From contig OZ245742.1 in assembly GCA_965227295.1 (NCBI GenBank), positions 3,360,001 through 3,424,000 of the forward strand: a stretch of 64,000 nucleotides of DNA, written 5' to 3'. Shown in pieces: positions 9,582 to 19,859 of the stretch. The DNA comes from Leptonemataceae bacterium. GTDB taxonomy: Bacteria; Spirochaetota; Leptospiria; Leptospirales; Leptonemataceae. Under the pieces are notes generated by a model. The model was not told the DNA's origin and made no database searches. It saw only the letters and a program-made list of their open reading frames with translations. A program made the position numbers and the translations under genes. Every line of letters begins with the position of its first letter. The first letter of the stretch is position 1.

Positions 9582-12014
9582 TTACGTGCCGTGCATCCCG
9601 TAGCTTTCAATAATCTCCCGGGCCTGTTTGCGGATGTTCTGAAACACGTGGCGGTCGCTCTTCGTAAGAACCGGCAGGGCCAGGTAATTCATGAACCAGA
9701 TCTCCGTCGGCGTGTGGCGAAAGTGTGATTGTGACGAACCCGTCAGCGCTTCCATAATCAACCGCGCATAGTGGACCGCGAACATGAAACGCACGCCGGC
9801 CCGGGAGTTATCGAGGCGACGCCGGCCGAAGCGTTCGCCGCGGTTCTTGCGGATCCTGTCTTCCTCGCGATAGTACTCTTCAACACACTCGCGAAAGGTC
9901 TTTTCGGTCGTACGATAATAGATCAACGGATCTTCCAGGCAGTCGTGCACGAACTGGCCGAGGGCGAACAAGAACGCCGGCGGCCCCGGAGATCGGCCGG
10001 AGTTCCAGATGAGCCGCACCAGGCGGCCGTGATCTCCGCCGACGGGATAGTACAACGTATGATTGAACTTCTGGTACCAACCGCCGGTCAGCACCGCATC
10101 CTCGCGGGGATCGACGCCCAGTTCCAACGGCGAACGGCTTTCGCCGATGACCCGCCCGCGAAACTCCGGAAAGTCCTCGCGGGCAATCTCGCGCAGGGGA
10201 TAACACGAGCCCGGCAGCAAGAACATGGTAAGATTCGCCAGGTTCTCGATGCCGCGCATCTCGCGAACGATGCGTTCCCGTCGCAACGGCCGGTTCGCTA
10301 ACTCTGGATCAGCGAGACTTACCAGGCGCAACAGGCATTCCACGGTTTCTTTGGTGTTCATCTCCAGGCCGGTGAGGCGCGGTGCGTCCTTGACGACCTC
10401 CGGCCGGTCTTTCCAGAGTTTCATGATGGGATTCAGCGTAATGGCGCCGTGGCGATGGCCGGGGTTCAGCGAATAAAAGTTCGCCGTGCGGCGCACCGGT
10501 CGCAGGCGACGCAGGATCAGATCCCTGGCGCGCGCCACGAGAACCGGTTCGTCGTACGGATTACCGGGAACATGGCCGGTTGTGTCGAGGACGTCCAGGC
10601 CGCCGGGATATCGTTCCGGCCCGTCCCAGAGTTGCGGCTCTTCCGGAAGCTGCGGCACCGGCAGTTCCGGTTCTTCCGGTTCCGCACTCTCCGTCGGCGC
10701 GGGCTTTGCTTTCGGGGCCTCGCGTCGCGCGTAGTCCTCGTGGAAGCGAACGAGTTCCCGGTCCAGCGCGCGAATCTCCTGAAGTAAGCGCGGATAACGT
10801 GCCAGTTGCCGCGCGTCTGCCGAGGCCGCGTTTTGCTCGGCCGCGTCGAGGGGCGGCGGCACCGTAAAAATGGCGAGCGGATCGTGGTCCGAGTGCTCCG
10901 CGCAGTAATGCAACAGGGCCCGCAGGACGGTTAATTTCTGACTATCACCGGTTAGTTCCGCGCATTGTTTGTAGCGCACATCAAAGAGATCCAGGAAACG
11001 TTTGCGTCGTTCGGCCAGGCTCGCGTTGCGGTCGACGCTGCGTTCATCCGGCTCGTCCTGGCCGCGTTGTAAGTAGACAAGCCGGGCCATGCGCAGTTCC
11101 AGGCGATACACATTCGAAGCGAGGCTCGCCGCCGACCGGGCCGTGCGTTGCGCCGTACGCGACAGACTCAGCGCGCGATGCAGGTTCAAGGCCGGAGTGC
11201 TGAGGCCGATCTCCGCACCGCGCCGGAGTACCTCATCGCGTTCCTGCCGCGTGAGCCGGTTGAGATCTCCCTGGCGTTTGCGATGCACGAGCTGGCGAAT
11301 CGAGGCGTGTTCGATGTGTCGTTCACCGCGTTCTCGCGCAATGGTTTCCAGACGCTCCAGAATTACCGCGTCGATGCGTTCCCGGGCCGCGCGTTCAAAG
11401 TCTTTCGGAAACACGGCGTCCAGGTTACGCTGGATTGCATCCAGCTCATCGAACAGTGCCAGTCGACGTTCTTTCAATCGCCACAGATCGCGAAAGGGAC
11501 GCAGGATCTCGCTGACGTCGTCCGTAATGCCGCGCAGGTAGTTGCTCAGATAAAAGATGCGATAGCGTACCGGTGCATCCCGCGCCTCCGTGTACTCGGC
11601 GAGAATCTTCGCATGCAGGAGCGGCGGCACCGAGCTCAGTTCCTGTTCGTCGGGGATGCCGATGTCGAAAAGCGTATTTGGGATCAAGAACGGCTGCTGA
11701 AAGATTTCAATGCCCCGGCCGGCGAGGGAGCGCGCGGCGGCCACATCGAAAACCCGGTACCAGAACGCGTGAAATCGCTTCGATGCTTCGTGGGCAAAAT
11801 CGCGGATTTCCCGATGCGAAGGATTGCCGTGCCAGGCCGGCGGCACGAGGTCCGTTTCGAAGCCCAGCCAGCCGCCGGTGAACAGGTCCCGTGCGTGCAC
11901 GTCGATGGTCTCAAAACGCACCCGCCGCGAGCGAAAGTAACGCCGGCCGTCGGCATCGGTCTGCAAACCGGAGCGGCGATCATCGAGCAGACGTTCGGCG
12001 AGGTTGTCGTTCAT
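9582..12014 (-). CDS. Large hypothetical protein (about 810 aa)
   Basis: Long ORF with natural composition, coiled-coil centre and Pro/Glu linker; no motif recognised. Confidence 0.75.
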   Translation of the reverse strand: MNDNLAERLLDDRRSGLQTDADGRRYFRSRRVRFETIDVHARDLFTGGWLGFETDLVPPAWHGNPSHREIRDFAHEASKRFHAFWYRVFDVAAARSLAGRGIEIFQQPFLIPNTLFDIGIPDEQELSSVPPLLHAKILAEYTEARDAPVRYRIFYLSNYLRGITDDVSEILRPFRDLWRLKERRLALFDELDAIQRNLDAVFPKDFERAARERIDAVILERLETIARERGERHIEHASIRQLVHRKRQGDLNRLTRQERDEVLRRGAEIGLSTPALNLHRALSLSRTAQRTARSAASLASNVYRLELRMARLVYLQRGQDEPDERSVDRNASLAERRKRFLDLFDVRYKQCAELTGDSQKLTVLRALLHYCAEHSDHDPLAIFTVPPPLDAAEQNAASADARQLARYPRLLQEIRALDRELVRFHEDYARREAPKAKPAPTESAEPEEPELPVPQLPEEPQLWDGPERYPGGLDVLDTTGHVPGNPYDEPVLVARARDLILRRLRPVRRTANFYSLNPGHRHGAITLNPIMKLWKDRPEVVKDAPRLTGLEMNTKETVECLLRLVSLADPELANRPLRRERIVREMRGIENLANLTMFLLPGSCYPLREIAREDFPEFRGRVIGESRSPLELGVDPREDAVLTGGWYQKFNHTLYYPVGGDHGRLVRLIWNSGRSPGPPAFLFALGQFVHDCLEDPLIYYRTTEKTFRECVEEYYREEDRIRKNRGERFGRRRLDNSRAGVRFMFAVHYARLIMEALTGSSQSHFRHTPTEIWFMNYLALPVLTKSDRHVFQNIRKQAREIIESYGMHGT

Positions 12015-12021
12015 GGAAAGT

Positions 12022-12135
12022 TTAACCACCGAGACACCGAAGCCGGGTCCGCGTTAGTTATTCCCGTCTGCGGTAAGAACGCCTGGAAGCAGCCGGCTCA
12101 GTGCGACCTCGGTGTCTCGGAGCCTCGGTGGTTAA
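12022..12135. repeat. REP/MITE-like family A copy (TTAACCACCGAG ... CTCGGTGGTTAA inverted ends)
   Basis: 12-bp perfect terminal inverted repeat with periodic CCGAG units. Confidence 0.7.
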
Positions 12136-12158
12136 TCCAGGAAACCAGGGCGCCCACG

Positions 12159-13634
12159 TCACTCCGTGTTACTTTTTTCGCGTTCCTTCGGCGGAACGTA
12201 GCGCTTGCGACCGGCGGTGAGTTCGGTGAGGCGCTCAAAGAACTTCGGATCGAACTCGGGGTCCACCGCGTAGACAATGTGGCGCGAGTCGTCCTTGGAA
12301 AGTTCGAAGTGCGCGTAGCGGGGGTCCGGACGGAGTTTCTCCAGGTTGAACGATCCAAACTTCATTTTAGGAGAAGTTACGATGTCCGGGTAGATCGTGG
12401 CGAAACGATCCACTCCCGGCTTCGATTGGTAGCGATTCGCGTCGGTGATCTGGCAGACCTCGAAGAACGGCCGACCCTTGGAGTCGCGCGACGCCGCAAT
12501 GATGAAGTCGCCTTCGGCGAGGACCTTCTGGTTGTCGTTCAACGACATGGCCACGTGATCGAGGAACTCGCGCACGATGCGGTCGGTGTAAGTAAAGAAC
12601 GAGTTGTTGATGATCAAACGAATGGCGCGGTCCGCGGGGTAGGCCTTGCGCCATGGAACGTCCGAGGTGAGCGAGGCGAACTCCGAGGCCACCGCCAGGA
12701 TGTTCGCGTCTTCATCGTAGGGGATGTCCGCCTTGAGCAGGGCGATTTGCTGGCGGGCGTCCGTGGCGATGGAACTGCGCTTCGGATCGTCGCGGTACTT
12801 TTCTTCGAGCACGGCGAGTTTGTGTAACGTGGACTTGAGGTCCGGGTAGTTGTTGCCCTTCGTGCCCGGACGCAGCGGGCGGTGGTGCACGAGGATGTTG
12901 CGTTTCACGCGGACATCAATGGTGGTTTCGTGAGCCAGCATCATGTAGGACATGAGCGGATGCTGGCGCATGTAGTCCATTTCCTGCTGGGACAGTCCCT
13001 CGTGCTCGGGGATCTTCATCTTGGTGTAGCCGACGTCGCAGAGCAGGGCGGACATCATCAACACGTTGACCATATCCTGCATCTTTACTTTGTCCCGATG
13101 CGACGTGGCCTTCATGCCGCGGGTCTTCATGGCCATGGCCGTGACCGTGCGTTTGACCGCGCGCTCGACGTCGGCGCTGGCATCGGTGCCGGCCATGAGC
13201 TCGATGATGTTCACGAGGCCGTTCATGGCGTCCGGCTGTTCTTCGAAATCGGTAAAGAGCTGATTGAGCTGATCGCTGGAACGTTTCGCGTGCAGCGAGG
13301 TGATGGTGGACTTCTTGAGATCGTCGAAGAGGTCCTTCGTACCCTCGGCGAGTTCCTGGGCGTGGTTCTCGCTGAGCAGTTTTACATCGGAGAGGCCGTC
13401 CGGGGGCGGTTCCTTGTCCCCGCCGAGACCGAGTTTGTCCTCGTCGTCGGTGTTGTAGTAGATGCCGTGCTCTACAAAGCGCAGGACCCGGTTGATTTCG
13501 GCCTCGGTGGCGTCCTCTTTCTTGTAGATGAGGATCTGGCCGTCCTTATTATAGAAGTTAACCGGAATTTCATTGTTTTCCCGAAAGGATTCCATGATCT
13601 CCGGGGTGAATTCGAATGGAAGATACTCGCCCAT
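12159..13634 (-). CDS. HD-GYP-like protein with degenerate metal-binding motifs
   Basis: SALLCDVGYTKM...HPLMSY...HHRP...NNYP...ILAVASEFASLTSDVPWRKAY follows the HD-GYP pattern. Confidence 0.75.
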   Translation of the reverse strand: MGEYLPFEFTPEIMESFRENNEIPVNFYNKDGQILIYKKEDATEAEINRVLRFVEHGIYYNTDDEDKLGLGGDKEPPPDGLSDVKLLSENHAQELAEGTKDLFDDLKKSTITSLHAKRSSDQLNQLFTDFEEQPDAMNGLVNIIELMAGTDASADVERAVKRTVTAMAMKTRGMKATSHRDKVKMQDMVNVLMMSALLCDVGYTKMKIPEHEGLSQQEMDYMRQHPLMSYMMLAHETTIDVRVKRNILVHHRPLRPGTKGNNYPDLKSTLHKLAVLEEKYRDDPKRSSIATDARQQIALLKADIPYDEDANILAVASEFASLTSDVPWRKAYPADRAIRLIINNSFFTYTDRIVREFLDHVAMSLNDNQKVLAEGDFIIAASRDSKGRPFFEVCQITDANRYQSKPGVDRFATIYPDIVTSPKMKFGSFNLEKLRPDPRYAHFELSKDDSRHIVYAVDPEFDPKFFERLTELTAGRKRYVPPKEREKSNTE

Positions 13635-13786
13635 AGTTCCAGTTGCCGCAACGGCGGTCTTTCAGGGTTATGATCGGGGCCCAGGGCCCGATCGTAAATA
13701 GTTTTTGCGTTTTTCGGTCGGCTCTCCGGCCTAATGCGGCAAAAATCCTGCTGACCGGGAAGGTCCAGCCTGAATTTGTGGCCGTC

Positions 13787-15031
13787 ATGTCTGTAGAATC
13801 TGTACCCGTGGGGCAACTTCCGCCCGTCGGCGAAGTGCCGAAGAAAATGTATGCACAACTGATCCGCCCGGAACGCTACGGCGAGCCGACCCAGGCGTTT
13901 CAGGAAGAACTCATTGATATTCCCGAACTGGCCCCGGACGAGGTCCTCGTGGCTGTGATGGCCGCGGGAGTGAACTACAACAACGTCTGGGCCGCCCTGG
14001 GCTACCCCGTGGACGTCATTAAGGCCCGCCAGAAGAAGGGCGAGCAGGAAAATTTCCACATCGGCGGTTCCGATGCCTCGGGCATTGTCTACGCGGTGGG
14101 CTCCGAGGTCACGACCCACAAGGTCGGTGACGAAGTCGTCATCCACTGCGGCATCTGGGATCGCAACGATCCCTGGGTCAAAGCCGGCAAAGATCCCATG
14201 TTCGCCCCGTCGCAGCTCATCTGGGGCTACGAAACAAACTGGGGTTCGTTCGCGCAATTTACGAAGGTCCAGGCGCATCAGTGTCTGCCCAAGCCGCCGC
14301 ATCTCTCCTGGGAAGAAGCCGCGGCCTACATGCTCGTCGGCGCCACGGCCTACCGCATGCTCTGTCACTGGGAGCCCAACACCGTCCAGAAAGATGACGT
14401 CGTCCTCATCTGGGGCGGGGCGGGCGGTCTTGGTGCCATGGCCATTCAAATTGCAAAGGCGCGCGGCGGAGTGCCCATCGCCATCGTCAGCTCGGACGAC
14501 AAGATCGAATACTGCAAGAACCTGGGCGCGGCGGGCGTACTGAACCGCAAAAACTTCGATCATTGGGGGCCGCTCACGAGTGAGATCAACAAGGGCGAGG
14601 AGTTCGGCCGCTGGACTAAAGCGGCGCGGGAATTCGGCAAGGCCATCTGGGAAATCGCCGGCAAGGGCAACAATCCGCGCATCGTCTTCGAACACCCGGG
14701 CGAGTCCACGCTGCCGACCTCGGTCTTCGTGTGTGAGACCGGCGGCATGGTCGTCATCTGCGCCGGCACCACCGGCTTCAACGCGACGGCGGACTTGCGT
14801 TACCTGTGGATGCGCCAGAAGCGACTGCAGGGTTCGCACTTCGCCAACGACGAAAACTGCAAGGGCATCAACGACCTCGTCATCGAAAAGAAGGTGGACC
14901 CGTGTCTGTCCCGCACGTTCAAGTGGGAAGAAACCGGCGCGTGTCACCAGCTTATGAAAGATAACAAGCATCCACCGGGGAACATGTCGATTCTGGTCGG
15001 CGCCTCCGCCGAAGGGCAGGGACGGAAGTAA
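13787..15031 (+). CDS. ccr: Crotonyl-CoA carboxylase/reductase
   Basis: [56 protein letters not shown]. Confidence 0.93.
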   Translation: MSVESVPVGQLPPVGEVPKKMYAQLIRPERYGEPTQAFQEELIDIPELAPDEVLVAVMAAGVNYNNVWAALGYPVDVIKARQKKGEQENFHIGGSDASGIVYAVGSEVTTHKVGDEVVIHCGIWDRNDPWVKAGKDPMFAPSQLIWGYETNWGSFAQFTKVQAHQCLPKPPHLSWEEAAAYMLVGATAYRMLCHWEPNTVQKDDVVLIWGGAGGLGAMAIQIAKARGGVPIAIVSSDDKIEYCKNLGAAGVLNRKNFDHWGPLTSEINKGEEFGRWTKAAREFGKAIWEIAGKGNNPRIVFEHPGESTLPTSVFVCETGGMVVICAGTTGFNATADLRYLWMRQKRLQGSHFANDENCKGINDLVIEKKVDPCLSRTFKWEETGACHQLMKDNKHPPGNMSILVGASAEGQGRK

Positions 15032-15048
15032 GCGAATCCAGGCTCTTC

Positions 15049-15246
15049 TCTTGCGTTAGCGATTCGACCCGGAGCGAAGCGGAGGGGAACGCCCAGAAAA
15101 CGGATCCAATCCAGGCAAACACGGTAGATTTTTTTGGGCGCCCCCGCCACCTTCGGTGGCGGTCGGGCTTTCCAGGGCTCCGGCTTCGCCTTCGGTCTCG
15201 CTGCGCGAGACTCGCTTCGCGACCCTTCCAATCCCTGGCGCGAAGA
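15049..15246. repeat. REP-like family B: short minus-orientation copy (15049-15095) plus full plus-orientation copy (15133-15246)
   Basis: GGGCG...multiple hairpins...ATCCCTGGCGCGAAGA. A 20-bp block is identical to 22912-22931. Confidence 0.75.
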
Positions 15247-15298
15247 TCGTTTCTACTACTGAGGGCCATAGATTTCTCCAGGCAGCGTTACCGTACCA

Positions 15299-17332
15299 GT
15301 GAAAGTCTTCCTGCGATTATTCCGATACAGCCTGCGCTACCGCGGGCGCTTCTTTGCGGGCGTGGTGTTTTCGTTCTTCGTGGCCGTATTAAACGGCGTT
15401 TCCCTCACGGGCCTGATCCCCATCGTCGAAGCGCTGCGGGAAAAACGCGAAAGCTTCGTGGTGCAGTTCAGCGAATCCGAGCGGGATCTGCTGCGCAAGT
15501 CCATGGAACGCAACGCCTACTTCTGGGTGGAGACACTCATCGTTGAAAAGCGCCCGTTCATCGAAGCCCGGGACAAGGCCATGGAACTGGTGCCGGATGT
15601 TCCCGAGCCCATCGGCGGGGAGAAGGCCCGGCGATTGCTCACGTACATCGATCACCCGTACTACATCAACTTTTCCCGCTCCGATCGCAGCCGATTGGAG
15701 ACCATCGTCTACTGGCAACTGCTGGTCAACGCCGGCGAGTACCATCCGTTCTGGGTCGTGGTGCTCGTCTGTTCGGTCATGGTGCCGCTCTACTTTCTTA
15801 AGTTGATTTTTCTTCTAATTTGCGTGCGACTGATCGCCGGCACCGGCTACGAGGCGGTGCGGGACATTCGTGACGAACTCTACCGGCGCGTGCAGAGGTT
15901 GCCGCTCACGCACTTTTATCGGGAGCGTTCCGGCGAACTGGTCTCCCGCATGGTGAACGACGTCGAGATCTGCGCGGCGGTGATCTCGTCCAACATGCGC
16001 GACGCAATTACGAACGTCTTTTACATCATCACGCACCTGGCGCTGCTCGCCGTGCTGAACCTGAACCTGCTGTTGCTGTCGTTGGTGATGGTGCCGCTGA
16101 TCATTTCGCCGGTGGGCCTGGTAACGCGCAAGATCCGCAAGTCCGTAACAAAATCTCAGGAACTCTTAGCGGGCCTGCACGGACACCTGCAGGAGACCGT
16201 CTCGGGCATTCGCATCATTCGCTCGGCGGCGCGGGAGAACCACGAGGCCGAGCGCTTTCGTCAGGTGAACGATCGTTTTTCCTGGCGCGCGTTCAAGCAG
16301 ATCTTCTACTTAAAGCTCAGCCCGAACATGGTGGAGCTCACCGGCGTCATCGTCTCGTTGTTCATCATTGCCCTCGGCGCGTCGTACATGAAGCCGGGCG
16401 AGTTCAGCGACGGCCAGTTCATCGCCTTCATTGCGACGCTGATGTTCATCATCCGTCCCATCATTCAGCTTTCGAGCATGTACGCAAAGATCCAGGCGGC
16501 CAGCGCGGCGGGGGACCGCATCTTCTCGCTCATGGATCGCGAGCCCGAGGTCGTCGATCCGCCGCGGGCACGGCCGCTGCAAAAACTGCAAACGGACATC
16601 GTCTTTGATCGCGTGCACTTTACGTATCCGGAGACGGACAAGGAAGTCCTGCACGGCATAAATCTTACCGTGCCGGTCGGCAGCACCGTGGCGCTGGTGG
16701 GTGAGAGCGGCGGCGGCAAGTCCACCATGATGGACCTGCTCGCCCGCTTTTTTGATCCGACGGACGGCTCCATTCGCGTCGACGGCCACGACATCCGGGA
16801 GTACCGCGTCGCCGATCATCGCTCGCGCATCGGCATTGTGACCCAGGACATCTTTCTGTTTTACGGTACCATCTTTCAGAACATCGCCTACGGTTCGCCG
16901 ACCCACGATCGTCGCGAAGTCGAAAAGGCGGCGCGCCTGGCCTACGCCCACGATTTTATCAAAGACTTCTACGAGGGCTACAATACCCTCGTCGGAAATC
17001 GAGGGATGACGCTCTCCGGCGGCCAGCGCCAGCGCATTGCCATTGCCCGGGCGCTGCTCCACGATCCGGAGATCCTCATCCTGGATGAGGCGACCTCGGC
17101 CCTGGACACCGAGAGCGAACGTCTGGTGCAGCAGGCTCTGGAACGACTCTTCCAGGGCCGCACCACGTTCGTCATCGCTCACCGGCTGTCGACGATCGAG
17201 AAGGCCGACATCATCGTCGTTGTCTCCGACGGCGAGATCGTGGACCAGGGTACCCATGCGGAACTCATGCAGCGCGGCGGCCTGTACGCTCGGCTGCAGG
17301 ACATCAGCCGGGGCATTGAACAAAACGTTTGA
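15299..17332 (+). CDS. ABC exporter, fused permease/ATPase (MsbA-like)
   Basis: 6-TM domain; Walker A GESGGGKS, LSGGQRQR, ILDEATSALD, IAHRLST. Confidence 0.92.
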   Translation: MKVFLRLFRYSLRYRGRFFAGVVFSFFVAVLNGVSLTGLIPIVEALREKRESFVVQFSESERDLLRKSMERNAYFWVETLIVEKRPFIEARDKAMELVPDVPEPIGGEKARRLLTYIDHPYYINFSRSDRSRLETIVYWQLLVNAGEYHPFWVVVLVCSVMVPLYFLKLIFLLICVRLIAGTGYEAVRDIRDELYRRVQRLPLTHFYRERSGELVSRMVNDVEICAAVISSNMRDAITNVFYIITHLALLAVLNLNLLLLSLVMVPLIISPVGLVTRKIRKSVTKSQELLAGLHGHLQETVSGIRIIRSAARENHEAERFRQVNDRFSWRAFKQIFYLKLSPNMVELTGVIVSLFIIALGASYMKPGEFSDGQFIAFIATLMFIIRPIIQLSSMYAKIQAASAAGDRIFSLMDREPEVVDPPRARPLQKLQTDIVFDRVHFTYPETDKEVLHGINLTVPVGSTVALVGESGGGKSTMMDLLARFFDPTDGSIRVDGHDIREYRVADHRSRIGIVTQDIFLFYGTIFQNIAYGSPTHDRREVEKAARLAYAHDFIKDFYEGYNTLVGNRGMTLSGGQRQRIAIARALLHDPEILILDEATSALDTESERLVQQALERLFQGRTTFVIAHRLSTIEKADIIVVVSDGEIVDQGTHAELMQRGGLYARLQDISRGIEQNV

Positions 17333-17362
17333 GTAATTAGTCAGTACGCAAAGAGTAAATGA

Positions 17363-17785
17363 ATGAAGCACCTCCTGCTTGTAGACGACAACGACAAATA
17401 CGCCCGCCTGTTGACGGAGCACTTCGAGCCCCTGGGTTATACGATCGAGCGGGCCATCGACGCCGCCGAGGGTACCGCGAAGCTCCGGGACAACAAGGGC
17501 CGTTACAGTGTGATCGTTACGGACATCACCATGGAATCCCAGATGGCCGGTGTGTGGATGCTCGGCCGCATTCGCCCCGACGAGTTTACCGGAACCATCG
17601 TCGTGGCGAGCACCGGTTTCGACGTGCCCGGGGTCATGACGCTGTCCCGCCTCTTTTTTCGCGCATACGGCGTGCACTACCTGGTGCCGAAGACCACTGT
17701 TATTAAAGAAGAACCCCTGTTTTATCCGATGGGTTTTTTTTCGGAACCCGTCCGAAATTTTGTGGAAATGACGACCGAATCTTGA
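17363..17785 (+). CDS. Single-domain response regulator (REC)
   Basis: LLLVDD, VIVTDITM, conserved S/T and K. Confidence 0.85.
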   Translation: MKHLLLVDDNDKYARLLTEHFEPLGYTIERAIDAAEGTAKLRDNKGRYSVIVTDITMESQMAGVWMLGRIRPDEFTGTIVVASTGFDVPGVMTLSRLFFRAYGVHYLVPKTTVIKEEPLFYPMGFFSEPVRNFVEMTTES

Positions 17786-17890
17786 ACAAATGAATTGTCA
17801 CAGGTAAACGCGTGCGGGGGCAGCCGGTTTAAATCGCTCCCGGAGCGGGCGACCTTCGTCCAACACTCGCACGGAGGCGTATACAGATCG

Positions 17891-18967
17891 ATGGACCAAA
17901 AACCTCTGATTCGCATCACCAGCATGGGTATCCTGGCGGCATTGCTGGCCTGCGGGCCCACCATTCCCGTTCGTTTTCCCCAGTATCCCCGCGCCACGGG
18001 CGGCCAGCTCAAGGCCGTGCTCGAAGGCGGGCGGAACGTGGGCATCGTTGCGGCGAAGCCCAACCCGGCGATCATGCGGGCCGTGGGCTACGAAAACGAC
18101 TGGTCGGACACCATTGAAGCCGCGGTTACCACCGAACTCACGAAGAAGGAATTTTACAGCATCGTAGATCTTTCCGGTCGGAAGGATCGCCTCCGCGAAC
18201 TGGCCTATACGCAGAGCGGTATGACCGCCGAGTCCCTGGAAATCGGTCGGGAACTGGCCATCAACTCCATGTTCATTGTGCAGATGACTCAGGCTCCGCG
18301 CCAGGAGTGCAAGCAGGAGATGGTCGCCGACTATTCCGGTTACGCCATGGAGTTGGCCCTGGCAAAGGCTCAGGGCGATGGCGGTGGATCCGAACCGCAG
18401 CTCGAAAAACGCACCGGTGTTCTGTACCTCACCCTGTTCGTGCGCGGTCGCCTCACGAGCGTGGAGACCGGTAAGTCCGTGTCGCATCTGCACAAAAAGC
18501 CCTACCGTCACGTTGGCAAGGTTGGCGATACGGAATGCCCGTCCTCGCTGACGGCCTTTGAAAAGGCCCTGGACCAGGCCGCCAAAGACCTGGCCGACAA
18601 TCTCTCTCCACAGGTCGTTGAGCTTCCGGTCCCGTTGCTGGAGGATGCCGACGACGTCCCGGACGAAGAGACGCGCGGCATGGTTTCGGCGCGGCTGAAT
18701 TCGGGGAACCAGTGGGCGGAGGCGGCGAACTTCGAACGGGCCGCAAAGGACTGGCGCCGGGCACTCAGCGAGTCCAACGGCGAGTCCGTGTCGGCGCTCT
18801 GGAACCTGGCGGTCTATAGCTGGTACGTCGGTGACTACGACGAGGCGGAGCGTTACTTCGACATGGCCCTGGACGGCGGCGGCCCGGCCTGGTTGGACGG
18901 TGCCAAGCGCGAGCTGGTCTCCCGCTTCGCCGAACAAAAGCGCCTTGCCGAAGGCGCGAAGCGATAG
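17891..18967 (+). CDS. LipL41-like outer membrane lipoprotein with C-terminal TPR
   Basis: Lipobox LLAC; RNVG, DLSxR, TGV, VETG, VGxxECPS, LSP, NLA motifs collinear with Leptospira LipL41 as I recall it. Confidence 0.75.
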   Translation: MDQKPLIRITSMGILAALLACGPTIPVRFPQYPRATGGQLKAVLEGGRNVGIVAAKPNPAIMRAVGYENDWSDTIEAAVTTELTKKEFYSIVDLSGRKDRLRELAYTQSGMTAESLEIGRELAINSMFIVQMTQAPRQECKQEMVADYSGYAMELALAKAQGDGGGSEPQLEKRTGVLYLTLFVRGRLTSVETGKSVSHLHKKPYRHVGKVGDTECPSSLTAFEKALDQAAKDLADNLSPQVVELPVPLLEDADDVPDEETRGMVSARLNSGNQWAEAANFERAAKDWRRALSESNGESVSALWNLAVYSWYVGDYDEAERYFDMALDGGGPAWLDGAKRELVSRFAEQKRLAEGAKR

Positions 18968-19058
18968 TTTCCTGGCAAAGGCGTGCGCTGTCGCTTTCGA
19001 AACCGTTGTTTCGAGGCCGATTCTTAGATTATAGTGAGCACGCCTTAAGAGGTCTGTC

Positions 19059-19859
19059 ATGAGTAGCGTAGTACACACGTCCGCGATCCGGTCGTTTTCC
19101 ATTGTCCTCCTGTTGGTTGTCATAACCTGTTCCACGTCTCCCACCGGCCGCAGCCAGGTCACCTTCATGAGCGATGAAGAGATGAACCAGATGGGAGCGG
19201 AGGCTTTCGAGGACATCAAGACGAAGACCCCCATTGAATCGGCGCCCGGGCCGAATACATACGTGCGTTGCATTACTTCCGCGTTGCTGGAAGTTACCCA
19301 GGACGATACCGGCGTGGCCGCCTGGGAAGTCGTTGTCTTCCGCGACAATACGGCGAACGCCTTTGCTTTGCCGGGCGGTAAGATCGGCGTGCACACCGGT
19401 ATCCTGCCCATCGCGCGCTCGGCGGACCAACTGGCCGCGGTGCTCGGCCATGAGATCGGTCACGTGATTGCCCGCCACGGCAACGAGCGTGTAAGCCAGG
19501 CCGCCGGACTCAACGCCGCCATGGGGGTCCTCGGGGCCGTCGTGGAAAATGAAACGGTGCTCGGTGCCATGGGAGCCGGCGCGCAGTACGGCGTGCTGTT
19601 GCCGTTCGGTCGTGAACACGAGACCGAGGCGGACATCATCGGTCAGCAAATCATGGCGAAGGCCGGTTTTAATCCGGAAGCCGCCATGAAACTGTGGGAA
19701 AACATGGCCGCGGCGGGCGGGGAATCGCCGCCGGAAATCATGTCCACGCACCCGGCCCACGATACGCGCATCAAGGGCTTGCGCGATAATTTGCCGAACG
19801 TCCTGCCGCTATATGCGCAGGCCCGGGCCGCCGGCAAGAATCCGAACTGCCGTCTCTAA
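19059..19859 (+). CDS. M48-family metallopeptidase lipoprotein
   Basis: NAFALPGGKI, HEIGH, ETEAD, STHP. Confidence 0.93.
   Translation: MSSVVHTSAIRSFSIVLLLVVITCSTSPTGRSQVTFMSDEEMNQMGAEAFEDIKTKTPIESAPGPNTYVRCITSALLEVTQDDTGVAAWEVVVFRDNTANAFALPGGKIGVHTGILPIARSADQLAAVLGHEIGHVIARHGNERVSQAAGLNAAMGVLGAVVENETVLGAMGAGAQYGVLLPFGREHETEADIIGQQIMAKAGFNPEAAMKLWENMAAAGGESPPEIMSTHPAHDTRIKGLRDNLPNVLPLYAQARAAGKNPNCRL

Noticed and set aside
11148..19411. Long antisense ORFs (11148-12827 +, 13472-14971 -, 16310-17677 -, 17798-19411 -)
   Set aside because: Shadow frames opposite well-supported genes, expected in high-GC DNA; no motifs.
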